64,000 bases of DNA from Octopus sinensis (taxonomy: Eukaryota). The notes below the pieces were generated by a model, which did not search any database, was not told the origin of the DNA, and was given only the letters and a program-made list of their open reading frames with translations. The first letter of the stretch is position 1; each line of letters starts with the position of its first letter. The DNA is taken from positions 200,942,001 through 201,006,000 of the forward strand of contig NC_042998.1 in assembly GCF_006345805.1 (NCBI RefSeq). The letters run 5' to 3'. A program made the position numbers and the translations under genes. Shown here in pieces: positions 56,701 through 64,000 of the stretch.

Positions 56701-57015
56701 GGTTTCCAGCTGCAGTAAGCGTAGCATGTGTTGCTGTTTGCACTGTCACTAATGCCACTCCTGCTGATTATTGCTGAAATTGCAGCAAAGCGGCAGAGTT
56801 GAAAAGAAATTAGTTCATGTTGAGAATGTTGCCTATTGACGTTGGCGTTGTTGTTGTTGATGATTATCACGGCGACGACACGAAGAGAAGGAGGCGGAAT
56901 ATGATGCTGAAGATGATGATGAAGATGAAGATGGTAAAGAGGAGGAAAAGGACGATTACGTGTAGAAATTATTATTGCTATTATTCTTCTTATCAGCATT
57001 ATAATAATAATAATA

Positions 57016-57070
<55 letters not shown>

Positions 57071-57077
57071 TATAAAT

Positions 57078-57215
57078 TCCACTTTGACTTTCATCCTTTC
57101 GGGATCGATAAATTAAGTACCAGTTACACACTGGGGTCGATGTAATCGACTTAATCCGTCTGTCTGTCCTTGTTTGTCTCCTCTGTGTTTAGCTCCTTGT
57201 GGGTAGTAAAGAAAT
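57078..57215 (+). mobile_element. SINE family B, 5'-truncated
   Basis: Core and tail match 27790-27930. Confidence 0.85.
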
Positions 57216-57770
57216 GGGTTTTACTCGAGTGCATGTAGTACTTCGTAATTCCATTCATTCCGTGTTTATTATTTTTCCTTTTCGAGGTACGTTGAAGATT
57301 CTGCGAGGGTTTGTTCTCGATTGCCTTGTACTTTGACAGGAAACAAGGAATTCAGAGTCAAGTAAGTTAGTCTGTATGCATGGTGTGCGCACGGGATTGT
57401 GTGTTAAGAGGTAGCTTACACTTTTACGGAAATTGTTCAAATGCAAAAACTACTCCAAATAACAGCTCAAAATATAATTATTAAATACGCTGTGGAATGA
57501 AAAAAGAAAAGAAAAGAGAACAGTAACATCTAAAAAAAAAAAATAGAACCAAATTTTCAACGAGGATGCATAATCATTTCATCGGAGAGAATCGCAAACA
57601 TTTAAAAGTGAAATTAGAAGCTTTGATCTTAGAATCTGAAACTGAAATTTGAAACATTGAGACACACGAAAATTAGATTATTTTTTACAAGGTTGCTTAA
57701 AGGGAAACGTAATGAATAAAAAACTTATTTTGAATCAACATTAGGACAAATTAAATATGCATAGTCACCT

Positions 57771-57822
<52 letters not shown>

Positions 57823-57841
57823 TTATGCGCGTATACATATA

Positions 57842-57896
<55 letters not shown>

Positions 57897-57898
<2 letters not shown>

Positions 57899-58725
57899 TT
57901 GTTTCAGTCACTTGACTGCGGCCATCCAGGATCACCGCCTTTAGTCGTGCAGAATCGACCCCAGGACTTATTCTTTGTAAGCCTAGTATTTATTCTATCG
58001 GTCTCATTTGCCGAACCGCTAAGTTACGGGGGCGTAAACACACCAGCATCTGGTTGTCAAGCGATATTGGAGGTAGAAACACAGACACACAAACATATAC
58101 ACACACACACATATCTATATCTACATATACGATGTGCTTCTTTCAGTTTCCATCAACCAAATCCACTCACAAGGCTTTGGTCGGCCCGAGGCTATAGTAG
58201 AAGACACTTGCCGAAGGTACCACGCAGTGGGACTGAACCCGGGAACCTATTTCTGTATTACCCACAAGGGGCTAAACATAGAGGGGACAAACAAAGACAG
58301 ACACAGGTATTAAGTCGATTACATCGACCCCAGTGCGTAACTGGTACTTAATTTATCGACCCCAGAAGGATGAAAGGCAAAGTCGACCTCGGCGGAATTT
58401 GAACTCAGAACGTAACGGCAGACGAAATACCTATTTCTTTATTACCCACAAGGGGCTAAACATAGAGGGGACAAACAAGGACAGACATAGGTATTAAGTC
58501 GATTATATCGACCCCAGAGCGTAACTGGTACTTAATTTATCGACCCCGAAAGGATGAAAGGCAAAGTTGACCTCGGCGGAATTTGAACTCACAACGTAAC
58601 GACAGACGAAATACCGCTAAGCATTTCATCCGGCGTGCTAACGTTTCTGCCAGCTCGCCGTCTTGTGGGACTGAACCCGGGAACCATGTGGTTGGTAAGC
58701 AAGCTACTTACCTCCTAGCCACATA
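57897..58725 (-). mobile_element. SINE family A interrupted by a SINE B dimer (58248-58664) with a 21-bp TSD
   Basis: gtgggactgaacccgggaacc occurs at 58227-58247 and 58665-58685, flanking one full and one 5'-truncated family B unit. Confidence 0.9.
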
Positions 58726-58859
58726 TACATATATTGGATCGGTATGCTGGGTAAGAAGATATGAACGTTGGTCGGTAATTCCATGAAATTGCAGTCTATA
58801 TTTTGACTCTATTCTGAAAGATGTATTCATATCGTAAATGTGTATATAGAGCGAGAAAT

Positions 58860-59356
58860 TACGATGGACATAAATGGGTTAACCAAAACAATCTTTTAGA
58901 TAGCAGATTCTACCTTCCCAAGTCAGCATAATTACCATTCAATCTCTGATATACATACCCTAAAACTTCCTTACTCCTCTCCGCTCAGTATAAAATCTAT
59001 TGTTACCTCTTCCAATAAACGTAAACTTAATTCCTACTACCTAAATATATTTAATCATAACATAGGCCAAACCCACTTAAACACTAATACCAATGCGGAT
59101 GGCATACACCACACCCGCAACCCTAGTACTACAACCAGAATGAAGCAAGATACAAAACTCGCCGCCTCCTATGAAGATCGAAGTGTAACTGAGGCAACTA
59201 TTGATACTTATAATATCACCACTAACACTAATATTAATAACTCTAATACAACCGATACCACCACTACTACTATTACTAGTGTTATTGATAATGATAATAC
59301 AATTACTACTACAAATAACAATAAAACTAAACAGGTTAATAATAATAATAATAATG

Positions 59357-59387
<31 letters not shown>

Positions 59388-59960
59388 CAACAACAACAAA
59401 AACAATAATAATAATTATAATACGTGCCAAACCCCTAATAGCACACTTATTTCGAATTATTCCATAAATAGTACTGCACCCTCCCTTTCCACTAATAACA
59501 CTTGTAGCACAGATATATGCAGCAGCCGATCCGCTATTGAATGCCCGTTGCACGTCCACTGCAGAAGATTTAACGTTCTATACAAATTCATATTGCACAG
59601 CATATTGCATAACTACTATATCGGTTCTACTATTGATATTAAACAAAGATATTCTGCACATATAAACTCATTTAAGTAGAAGAGCATGACAAATCTACCT
59701 CTCTACCCAACCATATGCACCATCTAAGAAATAGAAAGGTACCATGGAGGATATCCTGGACCATAATGGATTTTGGAGTCGCATAGCAAGGCCAGGGTTC
59801 AACTTGAGGTATATGCCTAAAAGAAGCCTTCCAAATATTAATACATAATGCACAACAATTACTAAATAAACAAAAGTGAAAATTTGTCTACAATTTGGCC
59901 TAGATTGTATCACACCTCGAAATATGTCTTTTGATCTAAATGCATAGAAAATTAACACGC
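58860..59960 (+). mobile_element. Penelope-like element remnant: N/T-rich linker + GIY-YIG endonuclease
   Basis: C..CPLHVHCRRFNVLYKF...YYIGSTIDIKQRYSAHINSFK, then frameshifted LSTHMHHL..WRISWTI and LNKQSEIC. The layout is the same as 14390-14690. Confidence 0.75.
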
Positions 59961-60115
59961 ATAACATATTCATCCACGGTGTTCATTATTATTATTTTTA
60001 TTATTATTATTATTATCATTATTATTATTATCATCATCATGATTCTTCTTCTTCTTCTTCTTCTTCTTCTTCTTCTTCTTCTTCTCTTCTTCTTCTTCTT
60101 CTTTTCTTCTTCTTC

Positions 60116-60151
<36 letters not shown>

Positions 60152-60169
60152 TATTATTATTATTATTAT

Positions 60170-60257
<88 letters not shown>

Positions 60258-60269
60258 TTTTTTAATTTT

Positions 60270-60312
60270 ATCTAGTTTCAGCTCACGAGCTGTGGCCAAG
60301 CTGGGGCACCCC
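60270..60312 (-). mobile_element. Short stem-loop 3'-tail element (same as 42770-42812)
   Basis: Plus strand tctagtttcagctcacgagctgtggccaagctggggcacc. Confidence 0.7.
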
Positions 60313-60323
60313 CATGTATAGTA

Positions 60324-60483
60324 ATTAAGAGCGTTACTATACATAAATACCTCACACTAGGAAGAGCTCTTAAAATCAAAACTACGATAATAAACACATT
60401 TTGTACAAAGTTTTTATTATGGTAGTTTTGATTTGAAGAGTCCCTCCTAGCGTGAGGCATTTATGTATAGTAATGCCCTTAAT
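60324..60483. repeat. 160-bp imperfect hairpin (arms 60324-60394 / 60413-60483)
   Basis: attaagagcgttactatacataaatacctcacactagg... pairs with ...cctagcgtgaggcatttatgtatagtaatgcccttaat. Confidence 0.85.
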
Positions 60484-61704
60484 ATAAAGAAATATATTTA
60501 AAGGGAATAATTAATAAATTTTTCCCTTATGAGGTCTTTCACGCTACTTCATGATTTCTTAAAACGATTTTATCCTATTTTAAAATTATATATGACTATA
60601 ATTAAATAGGTGTGATATTCGTGTATGAGAATCATGGTGGAGGTACCCTTATTTGCATATATGTATGTGTATATATGTATGTATATATCTCTCTAGTTGC
60701 ATGCATGTATGTATGTACGTATGTATGTATGTATATGTGTGTGTATACTCTCTCTCTTTCCTCTACTTCTGTATCAACATAAATATCTTAGAAATTAGCT
60801 AATTTCAACTTAATAATTTAAAATTTTTTATAGTTGTTTAGATTTTAGTTTTTTTTAGTTTGTAATTTTAAGTTTTAGTTTCAAATTTAAATTTTGGTTT
60901 TAATTTGGAATTTTTATTCTAATTCTTAATACCTTTTGTCATATCTTTTAATGGCTATTAAGCTTGAAATACAATTTTAAAAATCTGCAGTAAACTATTG
61001 TCGTTATAACCTTACCTAGATTGGTCTTCCACTCCCACTCTACTGAAACTTTAACACTTGGCCCTAACCCCCATACAATACTGACACATCTATATCATCA
61101 ACTTTACTATTATTTATTTCATCATTTTATATTTTACTTTTATCATTTTTTTTACCGTGCTATCTCCATCTTATTTTTTTTATTCCCTTTCTCCTCTCTC
61201 TCTCTCTTTCTCCTCTCTCCCTTACACTAAATATTCACAAAACGCGTTTATGACAAATCTGTCATTACCTTTTCATTTATTTTATTATTTTTATTATATT
61301 TTTATTTATACTTTTACTTATTTTGATTTTATTTGCATTTTGCACCCTTTTACCAATATCTTATTTTCTAATCCTTTCTCATATCCCTCATCCTCTATTT
61401 CACCCCTCTCTCTCTCTCTTCCTCTCTCTCTTTCTCTCATACACCCATTCAGAAAATCAAGTTATGTCCATCATATTCTCTCGCATTATAAACATTTATA
61501 ATATGAATGCATTATTCACAAAACTGCCAAAATACTGCTTCGATTTACTTGGGATTTTAACAAGAAACCTGTACCTTCATGGAAGTACTTATCAAAATCC
61601 ATATCCTTCTTTTACTTTTTATTCATCTATATTATTCCTTATAAACTGTGAATTGTATTGCTTCTAAACTGTAAATTATCCTCATCTTAAATTATTCATA
61701 CCTT

Positions 61705-61780
61705 GTCTCAGATGACGGAATATCATGTGCACGGAGATGCAAACCTACCACTTGGCTTATCCCAGAAACGGCTGTAAGCC
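61705..61780 (+). ncRNA. Degenerate type I hammerhead at the end of a pyrimidine-rich, PLE-3'-like block
   Basis: gtct-CAGATGA-cggaata...tatccca-GAAA-cggctg-TA-agcc. U4A core change and a near-palindromic stem III. Confidence 0.45.
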
Positions 61781-62051
61781 TGCACATTCACCTCATCCTA
61801 ATTAAATTATTTCTCGTTCTGCCCCCATTTTCATTGTTTCCTCCAATATAATATAATATATCGGCGGAGGAGTGGCTGTACGGTAAGGAGCTTGATTATA
61901 AACCACATGTTTCGGGTTCAGTCCCACTGCGTGACACCTTGGGCAGGTGTCTTCTACTATAGCGTAGGATGTACCACAGCCATGTCAGTATATTTGGTAG
62001 GCGGAAACTGAAAGAAGCCCGTCGTATGTACGTACATATATATATACCTAT

Positions 62052-62535
62052 CTAATAAAAAAAGCAAGAGATATCAAGTAGTGATGCTGTACGACCGTTT
62101 CAAGCGGCTCCATTTAATTGAACAATGCAATCATTACATCAATAAAAATGCAGCGCTATCATCAACTGCACAAATAAATAGAATTTTAATCAGTCGGACA
62201 CATTAATGTAATTTTTCTCAAATACTTTAAAGGAACAAAAAGATGGCAGAAATCCATGTTCTCGCTATTGTAGCTAAGAATATACTACACTTCCAAGAAA
62301 GGGTCTTAACTTGTAAAAGATTGTGGTCCATGATAGCCCTACATTTAAATTAATGTAATGATTGCAATGTTCAATTAAATGGAGCCTCTTGAAACGATCG
62401 TATTGCATCATTTCTTGATATCCTCTTGCTTATTTTAATTTTATTCACCTTACTTCGAGCAGTGCAGATAGTACCGGACTGATTTGGTGCTTCAACTAAT
62501 GTACCTAATTCAATTGAATCTCAATTATTTCTCAT
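62052..62535. mobile_element. Fold-back element (arms ~62062-62162 / 62330-62431) with decayed HHRs
   Basis: Minus strand 62085-62170 reads tgcag-TTGATGA-tagcg...cgctt-GAAA-cggtcg-TA-cagca. The plus arm keeps GAAA-cgatcg-TA-ttgca. Confidence 0.75.
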
Positions 62536-62552
62536 ATATATATATATATATA

Positions 62553-62962
62553 AAGAGCAATAAAGATTCAAGTTAATTTAAATGAATTTACTTGAATATG
62601 GTACCTAACTTAGATGCACAAAAAAAAACTATACTGATTTAACAATACAGTAATGTGGGGTGATTATAAGCGAGAAAGAAGCAACAAGAATGGATAGGTT
62701 TTTAGTACGATCGTTTCATACAAGGACAGGTTTTATTAACATCAAAGATTACAGCATATAACGAGTCCCGTACTCATCAGTAAGTAATTCATGAGTATAG
62801 CCTCAAACACTAGGATGTCTAGAGAACTTACATGTATTTTAGCTGATGAGTACGGGACTCGTTTATATGCTGTAATCTTTGCAACTTTTAATAAAACCTG
62901 TCCTTGTATGAAACGATCGTACTAAAAACCTATCCATTCTTGTTGCTTCTTTCTCGCTTATA
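62553..62962. mobile_element. Fold-back element (arms 62665-62780 / 62843-62962) with HHR cores on both strands
   Basis: ~116-bp inverted arms, each running from CTGATGA to GAAAcgatcgTA, a unique tail at 62553-62664, and (TA)n flanks. Confidence 0.85.
62837..62927 (+). ncRNA. Type I hammerhead ribozyme, canonical core
   Basis: ttttag-CTGATGA-gtacgggac...gtccttgtat-GAAA-cgatcg-TA-ctaaaa. Stem I is a perfect 6 bp, stem II is 9 bp with one bulge, stem III is palindromic (acgatcgt), and the GUA triplet is at 62919-62921. Confidence 0.8.
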
Positions 62963-63234
62963 TATATATATATATACATATACACACATACATGTGTGTG
63001 TGAGAGTCAGCTTGTGTGTCAGTGTTTGTCAACCCAAATTCGCCTGACAACCGATGCAGTGCCCGTAAATTAGCATTTCACCAAAAATGACCGATAGAAT
63101 AAGTACTAGGCTATTAACAAAAAAAGTCCTGGATTCAATTTGCTCGACTAAAGGCAGTGCTCCAGCTTGCCCGCTGTAAAATAACTGAAACAAGTAAAAG
63201 AATAGAAAGAATATATATATTTATTATTGCATTG

Positions 63235-63465
63235 TTTTAGTGTTTCTATTATTTGACTGCCTCCATGATGAATCACCACCTTTACATGCATAGATATAAA
63301 TAAATTTGACGGGATTCCCTCAGTTTCCATCTACCAAGTCCACTCACAGTAATTTGATTCAACTGAAACTAGAATAGAACACACTTGCCGAAGTTGTCAC
63401 GCAATGGGACTGAACGCGTAACCATGTATTTTGGAGGTAAGATTCTTACCACACAGCCACTCCTT
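63235..63465 (-). mobile_element. SINE family A, old and deleted copy
   Basis: cagtttccatctaccaagtccactcac...acacttgcc...gggactgaac...cttaccacacagccactcc. Confidence 0.7.
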
Positions 63466-63839
63466 TTATGCTTTTATTTTTTCATACATTTCAGCCATGG
63501 GGATGCTGTGATGGTGGAGTACCACCATGGCTTTTCTGACTTCTTCAGAGTGGGTTGTTTCACCTCACCACACCGTATTTGTCTTTGACCCACCTCTCGG
63601 GCCCATTTGGTATATAAGGGAAGTTTGATTCTGCTGCCCTCGGCTGCACCTCATGTCAGGCCATTGGTTCATCCGGTATTGTGAAAGAGGAGGATGGGTA
63701 TTTCGTTTCTGAAATCGTATGAAGATTTCGTAGTTTTTGTGGCAGGTCATTGGAAAGCTTTTGCTATTTGAACCCTAGACTATTGCTGTAACTGGTCCTG
63801 AATTTAGATGGAATGGATGGTACATTTGGTACAGTACGC

Positions 63840-63894
<55 letters not shown>

Positions 63895-63908
63895 TTTAAT
63901 TATTATTA

Positions 63909-63983
<75 letters not shown>

Positions 63984-64000
63984 GAGTGAGAGAGCAGTTC

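Larger units (their letters stand above)
61863..63208 (+). mobile_element. SINE family A split in two (5' half 61863-62030, 3' half ~62990-63208) by insertions in its internal microsatellite
   Basis: The head ends at ctgaaagaagcccgtcgtat, and the body resumes at gtgtttgtc...gacaaccgatg after about 950 bp of fold-back elements. Confidence 0.75.

Noticed and set aside
55989-56777. 262-aa poly-Leu ORF and antisense poly-Ser ORF
   Set aside because: They arise from trinucleotide microsatellites and have no domain or splice support.

Overview
AT-rich, microsatellite-dense eukaryotic DNA. The mix of SINE families, LINE clades and (TA)n/(TAA)n/(TATG)n/(GATA)n tracts is what I associate with an Octopus (coleoid cephalopod) genome; that assignment is inference. 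There is one 100-N gap (48291-48390). I recognise no intact host gene: almost all listed ORFs are microsatellite translations or antisense to repeats, and I found only one plausible short terminal exon (25798-25874). Mobile DNA includes decayed non-LTR retrotransposons (RTE, CR1-like, HERO-like, R4/Dong-like, a gag-like ORF1), two Penelope-like (PLE) GIY-YIG remnants, at least four SINE families, two non-autonomous Helitrons, a Tc2/pogo-type MITE, and Tc1/mariner and Tigger fragments. The most striking signal is about a dozen type I hammerhead-ribozyme (HHR) motifs in short non-coding elements inserted in (TA)n tracts. Two have canonical cores with all three stems (41037-41119 minus, 62837-62927 plus), two are near-canonical (24727-24771 minus, 10078-10183 plus), and the rest are decayed or variant. 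All have a palindromic stem III. They occur in two architectures: ~1.1-unit direct repeats (retrozyme-like) and fold-back inverted repeats. All folds were done by eye and none is shown to be active.
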